Origin: Desulfurella sp.
Lineage (GTDB): Bacteria > Campylobacterota_A > Desulfurellia > Desulfurellales > Desulfurellaceae
Length of the DNA stretch: 37,875 nucleotides
Direction of reading: 5' to 3'
Assembly: GCA_031960885.1 (NCBI GenBank)
Contig: JAVRLY010000004.1
Coordinates: 1-37,875 of the forward strand
Made by a program: the position numbers and the translations under genes
The notes under the pieces: model-generated
What the model saw: the letters and a program-made list of their open reading frames with translations, nothing else
The model's database searches: none
Told to the model about the DNA's origin: nothing
Shown: piece by piece, positions 9,301 through 17,783 of the stretch
How the letters are laid out: each line of letters starts with the position of its first letter
Position numbering within the stretch: the first letter of the stretch is position 1

Positions 9301-11432
9301 ACAACCCTCGCAAATGTAAATTTCTTTTGCCACTTGTGTTCAACCATTTTAAGCAATCCTTCATTAAGCGGATAATTTAGCTTGAGCAACTCATCGATAT
9401 CGCTTTTAACCTTTTCCAAAAGTTCTTTGTCTTTTAGTATATCAGCAAATTCCAAATCTGGCAAGCCATGTTGCCTTGTGCTGTAAATTTCACCACTACC
9501 ACGCAATACTAAGTCTTGATAAGCTATTTCAAAACCATCATTTGTAGAAAGCAACACATTATAGCGTTTTTTAGCAAGTAAAGATACCTTGTCTTTTGTA
9601 ATAAGGTAACAATAAGAATCCAAATCGCTTCTTCCTACCCTTCCTCTTAGCTGGTGTAATTGCGCAAGTCCATACAAGTCTGCATCTTCAATGATAATTA
9701 CTGTGGCGTTTGGATTATCAATACCAACTTCAATAACCGTTGTACTCATTAGACAATCAATCTGGCCTTTAAAAAAATCGTCAAAAATTTTATCTTTTTG
9801 AGTAGCGCTTAATTTTGAGTGCAAAAACGCACATTTAAATTCGCTAAAATATTTTTGTTTAATTTCTTCAAAACGGCCCATTAGTGAATCCACTTTTGAT
9901 AATCTTGATTGGCTTTCTTCTATTAGCGTAAAAATCACATAAACTTGGTGTTTGTTGATAATCTCGTCTCTTGCGTGCAAAAAAGCTTTATGTTCATCGC
10001 TTTTGTTTAAATGAATAGTTTTAATAGGCTTTCTATTTTTTGGCATTGAGTGTATCTCAAAAATTTTTGTTTTACCATAAATTGCAAAAGCTAAACTTCT
10101 GGGTATTGGTGTAGCGCTCATAATAAGCGTGTATGCACTTTTGCCTTTGTCAGACATAATCCTTCTTTGGTCAACGCCAAAACGATGCTGTTCATCAATT
10201 ACCAAGAAACCTAAATTGTTAAATAAGAGTTTTTCATTCAATAAAGCATGTGTACCAATTATACAATGCACCTTAAAATCCTTAACTTTATCAAAAATTT
10301 CTTGTTTTTTCTTTGTTGTGTTTATTAATAACTCTACGCTAAAACCAAAATTTTCAAAAAATGCTTTAGCTCTAGAGTATGTTTGCAAAGCTAAATTCGT
10401 TGTAGGCAACATAAAACAAACTTGATAATTATTTTCCAAGACAGCCAATGCACAAATAAACGCAACAATTGTCTTGCCAGAGCCTACATCACCTTGAAGC
10501 AATAAAGATGAATTTTGCGCTGTTTTTAAATCACTTAAAATTGTTTCTATGGCTTTTTTCTGGTCAACGGTTAATTCAAATGGTAAGTTCTTTTGTACCG
10601 TTTCTAAAAAATGTTTATCCACATTAATCTTTATTGATTCGCACTTGTTTTGCTCCACTAAAGCCAACCCCAATTGCATAAAAAACAATTCATCATATTT
10701 TAGACGCTTCAACATTAAGCTCTCACCTAAACTACTGCCTTTGTGTAAAGCATCAAATACTTCGTTTAAAAAAGGTAGCTTGTTTCGAGTAATGACAGTA
10801 ATAGGTAGATAATCGTATGGTGGCTTTGGTGCCACCGATAAAGCCTGCTCTACTAGTTTTTTTATATATGTATTTTTTAAGTTTCCAAAAGCAGGGTAAA
10901 TTACATCAATATGTGGTTTAAATGAGCTTAATGGTTTAATTTTTGGGTGATGCATTTCTTTAAACAAGCCAAACTCCGATATCTTGCCTTCGCATACAAC
11001 GCTTGTTCCTACTTTGATGTTTTTTAGGATATACTTCAAAACATTATTTATATTAAACCACTTGCACTCCAGCCTTGTGCCATCATCAATTGTAATAGAA
11101 TAATAATTACCCATTTTTTTTGAGATGACTACGCCTTTGACACACGCATATTCTGTTGCATTGGCAATGGTTGAAATTTGAGTATAGTGTTCCTGTCTTA
11201 GTGGTTTTGTTAAAAGCAAATCATAAATGCAATAAACATTTTTTTTATTAAATATTTTCTCTACATGAGGCTTCAATAAAAGTTTCGACAATAGCCAATC
11301 TGCACATTTATCAAATTTAATAAGCGAATTTTCTTTTTTAAGATAAATACTAGCTTGTTTATAATCTTTTTTATGAACACATGTCAAAATCTTTGATTCA
11401 AGCATATTTAACAGTTGCTTAATTTTTTTCAT
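9297..11432 (-). CDS. recG: ATP-dependent DNA helicase RecG
   Basis: LLQGDVGSGKT, IGTHAL, IDEQHRFGV, MSATPIPRSL, TTVIEVGID, GLAQLHQLRGRVGR, DGFEIAYQDLVLRGSGE; N-terminal wedge region. Confidence 0.96.
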   Translation of the reverse strand: MKKIKQLLNMLESKILTCVHKKDYKQASIYLKKENSLIKFDKCADWLLSKLLLKPHVEKIFNKKNVYCIYDLLLTKPLRQEHYTQISTIANATEYACVKGVVISKKMGNYYSITIDDGTRLECKWFNINNVLKYILKNIKVGTSVVCEGKISEFGLFKEMHHPKIKPLSSFKPHIDVIYPAFGNLKNTYIKKLVEQALSVAPKPPYDYLPITVITRNKLPFLNEVFDALHKGSSLGESLMLKRLKYDELFFMQLGLALVEQNKCESIKINVDKHFLETVQKNLPFELTVDQKKAIETILSDLKTAQNSSLLLQGDVGSGKTIVAFICALAVLENNYQVCFMLPTTNLALQTYSRAKAFFENFGFSVELLINTTKKKQEIFDKVKDFKVHCIIGTHALLNEKLLFNNLGFLVIDEQHRFGVDQRRIMSDKGKSAYTLIMSATPIPRSLAFAIYGKTKIFEIHSMPKNRKPIKTIHLNKSDEHKAFLHARDEIINKHQVYVIFTLIEESQSRLSKVDSLMGRFEEIKQKYFSEFKCAFLHSKLSATQKDKIFDDFFKGQIDCLMSTTVIEVGIDNPNATVIIIEDADLYGLAQLHQLRGRVGRSDLDSYCYLITKDKVSLLAKKRYNVLLSTNDGFEIAYQDLVLRGSGEIYSTRQHGLPDLEFADILKDKELLEKVKSDIDELLKLNYPLNEGLLKMVEHKWQKKFTFARVV

Positions 11433-11551
11433 AGTTCAATTTATAACAACCAAATAAAAAACTCGATTTATTTTATCATATTTTGAGGAAAATAACAAAT
11501 GTAGTCTATGTTAATAAAAACTATTTAAAAAAAAAGAATTTTTAAATTAAT

Positions 11552-11580
11552 TTGACTTTTGAAACCAAATTTTTTAGTAT
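11552..11580 (+). promoter_or_regulatory. sigma70 promoter of the CoA-transferase gene
   Basis: TTGACT (11552-11557), 17 nt, TAGTAT (11575-11580); A/T-tract UP-like element upstream; AAGGAGG RBS at 11601-11607. Confidence 0.72.
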
Positions 11581-11616
11581 AGGCGCAAGAAAAATTTTTT
11601 AAGGAGGTATGATTTA

Positions 11617-13281
11617 ATGAGTCATGGAAAAGTTGTAAACGTTTCTGACGCATTAAGCGTTATCAAAGATGGTAATGTTGTAGCCATCTCGGGATTTAAT
11701 TTATCTACTGCACCAGAGTACTTAATCTTGGAACTATTTGAGCAGTACAAAAAAACTGGTCACCCCAACAATCTTTTTATTATCTCAGATACGCTTCCTG
11801 CTGTGCCAGATAGGGGACTGGATAAGGTTTTTGCAGAACTTTACCAGGACAAAAACCAAACATTCATTAGAGGCGTTTTAATGCCTTTTATTGGTTGGTC
11901 ACCTGCTTTAATGAAAATGACGCTTGAAAACAGGATTGAAGTGTATTCTTTTGCTATTGGTACAACTTCTTACTGGTTTAGAGAAGCTGCAAGCAATAGA
12001 CCGGGTTTAATTACAAAAGTTGGTCTTGGAACATTCCTAGATCCAAGAATTGATGGTGGCGCTTCTAATGAAATTGCTAAAGAGAAAAAAACATGCAAAG
12101 TAGACGTACTAAACATTAATGGTGAAGAGTGGCTATTGTATAAAGCCCCTACACCGGATGTAACATTAATTAGAGGCACAACTGCTGATGAAGATGGCAA
12201 TATTTCCATGGAAGAAGAAGGCATCTATGGCACAGTGTTAAATATGGCTCAAGCTGCCAAAGCTCTTCCAAATCAAGGTAAAGTAATTTGCCAAGTAAAA
12301 TATATTGCACGAAAAGATACTATACCAACAAGGGATGTTATAGTTCCAGCCCCACTTGTAGATTATGTGGTTGTTTCACCTGATGCAGAAAAATATCATA
12401 AACTATCAGGCAGTTATGTTTATGACCCAAGGATAGCTGGCCATGTAAAAGTTAAAAAAACTAAAGAATTAGAAGCATTGCTTCCAACCCCAGATGAAAT
12501 AAGAGACAGAATTGCGGCAGGAAGAGTACTTATTGAAATCATGAAAACTGCTGCAAAATTAAAAAAACCTTTGTTTGGCAACTTAGGCATAGGCATCCCT
12601 GTGTACGTGTCTTGGCTTGCAGGTGAATTAGGATTAAGCAATCTGCTTGCTTTAACTGTAGAACCAGGACCAATTGGCGGTATAGCTTTAGTTGGACCAG
12701 ACTTTGGTGTTGCTATATCACCGCAAGCGCTAATTCCAATGCCAGATATGTTTACAAACTACGAAGGTGGCATTATAGATTTTGCATCTTTAGGCTTTAT
12801 GGAGATAGACCCAAAGGGCAACCTCAATCCATCGTATAGTTCAACGAGGGTGTCAGGTCCTGGTGGTTTTCCTGTAATTAGCGCTGGCTCACCAAGAACA
12901 TTCTTTGCAGGCGGTTTTACTGCCGGCAAATTTGATATAGATGCAAACAAAGGAAAATTGACAATAAAGTCAGATGGAAATATATTAAAATTCAATGAAA
13001 ATATTGTAAAAATTGTGTTTAGTGGTCCACAAGCTGTAAAAGCCAAAAAAGAAATATTGTACGTAACCGAAAGAGCTGTGTTTGGATTAAATGAAAATGG
13101 CCTTGTATTAAAAGAAATCGCACCAGGTGTAGATTTGGAAAAAGACATACTTGCAAAAATGAATTTCAAACCCCAAATTCCTTCTAATATTGAAACAATG
13201 CCTGAGTGCTTATTCCATCAAAGTTTAGATCCACTAAAAGAATATGTTGACGACATATTGGAAGAAGCTGGTTTAATCTAA
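11617..13281 (+). CDS. family I single-chain acyl-CoA:acetate/3-ketoacid CoA-transferase (YdiF/Pct type)
   Basis: PGLITKVGLGTFLDPR, IRGTTADEDGNISME, GNLGIGIP, catalytic ExG in TVEPG, LYVTERAVF, EIAPGVDL. Confidence 0.93.
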   Translation: MSHGKVVNVSDALSVIKDGNVVAISGFNLSTAPEYLILELFEQYKKTGHPNNLFIISDTLPAVPDRGLDKVFAELYQDKNQTFIRGVLMPFIGWSPALMKMTLENRIEVYSFAIGTTSYWFREAASNRPGLITKVGLGTFLDPRIDGGASNEIAKEKKTCKVDVLNINGEEWLLYKAPTPDVTLIRGTTADEDGNISMEEEGIYGTVLNMAQAAKALPNQGKVICQVKYIARKDTIPTRDVIVPAPLVDYVVVSPDAEKYHKLSGSYVYDPRIAGHVKVKKTKELEALLPTPDEIRDRIAAGRVLIEIMKTAAKLKKPLFGNLGIGIPVYVSWLAGELGLSNLLALTVEPGPIGGIALVGPDFGVAISPQALIPMPDMFTNYEGGIIDFASLGFMEIDPKGNLNPSYSSTRVSGPGGFPVISAGSPRTFFAGGFTAGKFDIDANKGKLTIKSDGNILKFNENIVKIVFSGPQAVKAKKEILYVTERAVFGLNENGLVLKEIAPGVDLEKDILAKMNFKPQIPSNIETMPECLFHQSLDPLKEYVDDILEEAGLI

Positions 13282-13285
13282 TTTT

Positions 13286-13320
13286 AAAATCAAGAGGGAT
13301 TAACCCCTCTTGATTTTTTT
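13286..13320 (+). terminator. intrinsic terminator after the CoA-transferase
   Basis: AAAATCAAGAGGG-attaac-CCCTCTTGATTTT perfect 13-bp stem running into a T tract, 4 nt after the stop. Confidence 0.9.
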
Positions 13321-13337
13321 ATTTATATTGATATACT
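13310..13337 (+). promoter_or_regulatory. probable promoter of the nitroreductase, overlapping the upstream terminator
   Basis: TTGATT (13310-13315), 16 nt, extended -10 TG-a-TATACT (13329-13337). Confidence 0.55.
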
Positions 13338-13363
13338 TAAGGCAAAAAAATTAGGGGGTTAAA

Positions 13364-14029
13364 ATGACAGTTTCTGAAACCTTATTAAAGAGAAAATCGA
13401 CACGTGCATTTTTAGATAAGCCAGTGGAAAAAGATGTACTTTACAAGTTATTTGATATAGCAAGATTTGCACCATCAGGCCATAATGTTCAACCATGGGA
13501 AATTATAGTTTTAACGGGCCAAAGCAAAAATAAATTAAGCGATGCTTTAGTTGAAGCTGTAAAAAGTGGCGTTGAAAGACAATACGATTACATATATGAA
13601 GTAAAAGATATGCCTCAATATATTAAAGATAGACGTAAAGCATGTAACAACCGCGTTTTTGAATTCAAACATTTAGATCCAAAAGATAAAATTGCTCTCC
13701 AAGAACATATTTTAGAAAACTTTAAATTTTTTAATGCACCAGTAGAGTTGCTTTTATTAAGAGAAAAAAACTTAGGCGAAAATACATTCATAGATATTGG
13801 CATTATGGCTCAAACTATTATGCTGCTCGCTTTGGAATTTGGCCTTGCAACATGTCCAAAAACATCTATTGCAGCTTACGCGCCAATTATTAAAAAAACG
13901 CTAAATATACCAGATTCTAAAATGATTATTATGGGTATTTCTCTTGGATATCCAGACAATGATGCCTATATAAATAAACTCACAATGGATAGAATACCAG
14001 TAGAAGAGTTTGTAACTTTTTTAGATTAA
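13364..14029 (+). CDS. nitroreductase-family flavoprotein
   Basis: RKSTRAF, APSGHNVQPW, FFNAPV, DIGIMAQTIMLLA..GLATCP, ISLGYPD. Confidence 0.93.
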   Translation: MTVSETLLKRKSTRAFLDKPVEKDVLYKLFDIARFAPSGHNVQPWEIIVLTGQSKNKLSDALVEAVKSGVERQYDYIYEVKDMPQYIKDRRKACNNRVFEFKHLDPKDKIALQEHILENFKFFNAPVELLLLREKNLGENTFIDIGIMAQTIMLLALEFGLATCPKTSIAAYAPIIKKTLNIPDSKMIIMGISLGYPDNDAYINKLTMDRIPVEEFVTFLD

Positions 14030-14030
14030 C

Positions 14031-15299
14031 TTAGTCTTTTTTGAAAATTAACTTTAAAGGGCACCCTGTAAATTTAAATGCATAGTAAAGGGTATTTTTT
14101 ATATATTGCTCAAAGTTTTTAGGTATTTTTTCTACATTTGTAAACACTACAAAGGTAGGTGGTTTTGTATCAACTTGATTTATGTATTTGACTTTTAAAG
14201 GTTTTGAATTTACATTGACACCGTGATGTGTTTTTGATAAAAGCAAAAATACTTCGTTAAGTTCATGTGATGAGATTTTTTTATTGTAATATTCTTCTAC
14301 AATTTGAACATATTTTAAAATATTGTTAATATTCTTTGAATCTTTAGCGCTAACCCTCAAAAATGGTGCAAATTGAAGAAACGAAAACCTGTTTTTTAAC
14401 TCTTTAAAAATTTTATCATGGTCTTTTTCTATAAGGTCCCATTTGTTAAAAATAACAATAATGCCTTTATGTTTTTGCTCCAGTAAAGATGCAATTTTTA
14501 AATCTTGTGTTTTTACGCCTTCTTTGGCATCAATTATAAGAAGTGCTATATCGCATCGCTCAATAGAAAACAAAGCAAGATAGGATGCTAACTTATCCAA
14601 ACTCTCTTTTTTTAACTTTAACCTTAATCCTGCCGTATCGATGATTTTGTAAGTTTTATTATTGTATTTAATCAATGTATCAACACTATCTAGTGTTGTG
14701 CCAGCATATTCTGAAACAATTGACTGCTCATTTTTGATTATTGCATTAAAAAGACTTGATTTTCCAACATTTGTTCTACCTACTATTGCTAATTTTGTAT
14801 CTACATCATCAATTTTAATGCTTTTTTTTATATGGGCATATAACATTTCTTTAAGCTTGTCTATATTTGTTTTATGCTTTGTTGAAATAAATACAGCATC
14901 CTGAAAACGCAAATAATCGTAAAGAAAATTTTCATTTTTCTCATCAATTTTGTTTACAACAACTATATAAGTTTTCTTAAGCCTTACAATTGTTTTAAAC
15001 AAAGATATGTCAAAATCACTTAGGGGTTCTTTTGCATCAAATACAAGTATAATAATATCGCTTGACTCAATTGCAGCTTGCGTTTGTATATTGATTTTTT
15101 TTGACAAAACATAATGTTCATCATTTAAACCACCTGTATCTACAAGTAACGCACGTTTGTCTTTTATAACCAAATAATCTGCTATCCTATCGCGTGTAGT
15201 TCCGGCAATATCACTTATAATGCTTTTATTTTTGCCAATAAGTATGTTAAAAAGGCTGGATTTTCCAACATTTGCCCTGCCTACTATTGAAACTATCAT
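14031..15299 (-). CDS. der: ribosome biogenesis GTPase Der (EngA)
   Basis: Two tandem G domains (GRANVGKSS/DTGG/NKID and GRTNVGKSS/DTAG/NKWD) plus KH-like C-terminus (PPTFVVF..F.G.P). Confidence 0.95.
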   Translation of the reverse strand: MIVSIVGRANVGKSSLFNILIGKNKSIISDIAGTTRDRIADYLVIKDKRALLVDTGGLNDEHYVLSKKINIQTQAAIESSDIIILVFDAKEPLSDFDISLFKTIVRLKKTYIVVVNKIDEKNENFLYDYLRFQDAVFISTKHKTNIDKLKEMLYAHIKKSIKIDDVDTKLAIVGRTNVGKSSLFNAIIKNEQSIVSEYAGTTLDSVDTLIKYNNKTYKIIDTAGLRLKLKKESLDKLASYLALFSIERCDIALLIIDAKEGVKTQDLKIASLLEQKHKGIIVIFNKWDLIEKDHDKIFKELKNRFSFLQFAPFLRVSAKDSKNINNILKYVQIVEEYYNKKISSHELNEVFLLLSKTHHGVNVNSKPLKVKYINQVDTKPPTFVVFTNVEKIPKNFEQYIKNTLYYAFKFTGCPLKLIFKKD

Positions 15300-17353
15300 A
15301 CAAACCAGTTTTCAAATTCAAAGTTTTTAGATGGTATTTCCATAAGTATATCTTTGTGAATAGGAAACCTCTCAATTAGTATATTTGATTGTTCAAGAAG
15401 GACATGCATATATACCTTTTCTTTTTCATGAACGCCAAGCACATCCTTTGAAATTTTAAGTTCAAGAATTTTATTTAGCGCATAGCTGGTAAAATTATCG
15501 TGAAATACAACTTTAGCGTTTCTATCAAATTTTTGTATATAAGATGCGTCTTTAGATAACACAATGCGTGTTTTAATATTATCAAATATCTCTATGCTAA
15601 TAGTATATTTACCTAATATGTTGAATTCCTTGTTAAAATCAACACGCAAAAAAATATAATCTTCATTAAAGCCATAAAATAGCTTTTTAATTATTCTATC
15701 TGATACGCTCATGGCGGACTCAAGGTCAATAACTTCTGCTGCACCACTCCATTCAAAATAAGAACTTACAAAGCCATCAATTTTGGGGTTTATAAAACCT
15801 ATGGGCAATTGGGCTTCAAGCATGGAAAGACCCTTTTTAATTGGCATATATAATTCTTCTGGCACAGAGCGTTTTGCAAGTAGATAAGATTTAATTAGTA
15901 TGCTTCTAAACAGATTATCAAATAGATAATCGTCTGTTGAAGAATGATCTGAGCCATACCACCAGTTCCAATCGCTACCTTGCGCTTTGTATAATTCTTG
16001 GATGCTTGCCTTATTTGATGATAGTTCTCTTCGTGCCTTATTTAACAAATCCCACGCTTTATTGTCCTCATCGTCTCCTATCCAGATGTTAAAATTAGCA
16101 CCAATCCATGAACCAGGCCAAATCTTGTTAAGTTTTAATTCTTTTGCATTAAATAGCTCTAAATACTCATTTGGCGTAATAAGCTCTACGTTTGAGTCTT
16201 TTTGCAATGTATCGTATAAGTGATTTAAAAAATCATAGCCATTATTGTCATAGTATTCCCACGCATTCTCGCCATCTAAAATCACACTTACAATAGATTT
16301 TGGTTCATTTTGCGACTCTATAGCTTTAACAGAATTGACAAAATCTGCCACAGCATCTTTATAATTCATACGTGAATACACAAAACCTATCTTATCAGAC
16401 AAGGTGTGGTCTCTGAAAAACATATGCAATGTGCAATTATCGCGTTCATACAAATAGGGCATGTAAATGTTATTAAAACCAGAATTTTTTAAAATTTGCT
16501 CATCTGTTGCCGCAAACTTAAAACCACATTCAGCTATCAAACACAGCGCCTCATCGCTTACTGAGCCCTCAGATGGCCACATCCCATCAATTGTTGTTTC
16601 AAAAATTCTTTCCATGTATTGCTTTGCCGTTTTTATGTGCCATTTTGCATCATCTTTATAACTAAAGCGTTCTGGGAGTTTAATGCTTGGGTTTGAAACT
16701 TTCGCTATATCACTATCAATTAACAAAGGCAATATGGGATGATAAAACGGTGTGGTCGTTATACAAATCTCGTTATTTTTAAAAGCTTTTTTATATTCTG
16801 GCACAATTGAATTAAGAATCTGCAATTGCTTTTGCAATAGATAGCGTTTTTCATCTTCACCCGCTGTGCTTAAATTTTCTTCTATCTTTTTAACTGTATC
16901 ATCTCTTTGGGTATCGCCAAACCAAGCAAGCAGATAAGCTATCTGACATGTTAAAATCTCATCATCGCTAAATACATTCAAAACATTTGAATTGGCATTT
17001 TGCTTTTTATGATAAAGCTGTCTATATTTTGGCATACGCTGGATTATGCGGCTGCCAACCTTAAAAGAGTCTTCTAAAAAAAATAGTTTTTGTTTATCAT
17101 TAAGCTCTGAGACATTTCGCAAGAGTAAACTAGCTGTGTTTTCGCATTCTAAGTCTTTATAAGACAAAATTTGATTGATAAGTACAGGTGTTAGATTAAA
17201 GGTAACCTTCGCGTTGTTGTTTTGAGCAATCCTTAGCATATCAATATAATCTTTTGATGCATGCAACCTTACCCAGCTTGCTAAGTATTTTTTTTGAATA
17301 TCATCTTTGTAGTAAGGTTGATGCATATGCCAAACAAAAGACACAAATACCAT
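15296..17353 (-). CDS. glycoside hydrolase family 57 (amylopullulanase/alpha-amylase-like)
   Basis: WHMHQPYY, TPFYHPILPLL, GMWPSEGSVS, ILDGENAWEYY, GSDWNWW. Confidence 0.93.
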   Translation of the reverse strand: MVFVSFVWHMHQPYYKDDIQKKYLASWVRLHASKDYIDMLRIAQNNNAKVTFNLTPVLINQILSYKDLECENTASLLLRNVSELNDKQKLFFLEDSFKVGSRIIQRMPKYRQLYHKKQNANSNVLNVFSDDEILTCQIAYLLAWFGDTQRDDTVKKIEENLSTAGEDEKRYLLQKQLQILNSIVPEYKKAFKNNEICITTTPFYHPILPLLIDSDIAKVSNPSIKLPERFSYKDDAKWHIKTAKQYMERIFETTIDGMWPSEGSVSDEALCLIAECGFKFAATDEQILKNSGFNNIYMPYLYERDNCTLHMFFRDHTLSDKIGFVYSRMNYKDAVADFVNSVKAIESQNEPKSIVSVILDGENAWEYYDNNGYDFLNHLYDTLQKDSNVELITPNEYLELFNAKELKLNKIWPGSWIGANFNIWIGDDEDNKAWDLLNKARRELSSNKASIQELYKAQGSDWNWWYGSDHSSTDDYLFDNLFRSILIKSYLLAKRSVPEELYMPIKKGLSMLEAQLPIGFINPKIDGFVSSYFEWSGAAEVIDLESAMSVSDRIIKKLFYGFNEDYIFLRVDFNKEFNILGKYTISIEIFDNIKTRIVLSKDASYIQKFDRNAKVVFHDNFTSYALNKILELKISKDVLGVHEKEKVYMHVLLEQSNILIERFPIHKDILMEIPSKNFEFENWFV

Positions 17354-17361
17354 AATTTATA

Positions 17362-17389
17362 ATTATAATCTTTCTGATTTTTATTACAA
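17362..17389 (-). promoter_or_regulatory. promoter of GH57-der, positioned for a leaderless or near-leaderless transcript
   Basis: TTGTAA (17389-17384), 16 nt, TATAAT (17367-17362); only 8 nt to ATG 17353 and no Shine-Dalgarno. Confidence 0.6.
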
Positions 17390-17390
17390 G

Positions 17391-17425
17391 AAAAATTTTG
17401 GGAGAGAAAACTCCCCCAAAATTTT
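17391..17425 (-). terminator. intrinsic terminator after the aconitase-DsrE operon
   Basis: Minus strand AAAATTTTGGGGGAG-tttt-CTCTCCCAAAATTTTT hairpin (one G-U pair) starting at the DsrE stop codon. Confidence 0.82.
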
Positions 17426-17768
17426 AAAATACAACTATATCGTAGCCATCTTTTACATATGGCTCAAGTGCTACGTGATTTTCAAGGTTTCCAATAACGG
17501 GCAACCCTTGAGCTTCTGCTGCTTCCAAACTCTTTGTAGCTATTGCACAACCTTTGCATACTGCTACAATAGCGCCTTTAATGTCTTCATAAGCCGCATT
17601 TAACGGGTGATTCTTATCTGACATTTTTGACACAACGCTTGTTGCATAACCTTCTAATATAATTTTAACATCGTAATTTTTTTTTCTTAGATCTTTAACG
17701 TTCAAAAACAAGTGATAATAATCCATTGTATTTGATGGGTCTTTTAATACATAAAATAATGTCTTCAT
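17424..17768 (-). CDS. DsrE/DsrF-like family protein with CxxC
   Basis: 114 aa; YDVKIILEG.AT, VCKGCA, terminal GYDIVVF typical of the DsrE fold; AAGGAGG RBS. Confidence 0.78.
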   Translation of the reverse strand: MKTLFYVLKDPSNTMDYYHLFLNVKDLRKKNYDVKIILEGYATSVVSKMSDKNHPLNAAYEDIKGAIVAVCKGCAIATKSLEAAEAQGLPVIGNLENHVALEPYVKDGYDIVVF

Positions 17769-17783
17769 AAATATTCCTCCTTT

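Noticed and set aside
11527..11535. A9 tract as a phase-variation site
   Set aside because: It lies upstream of the -35 in a very AT-rich genome; more simply an UP-like element.
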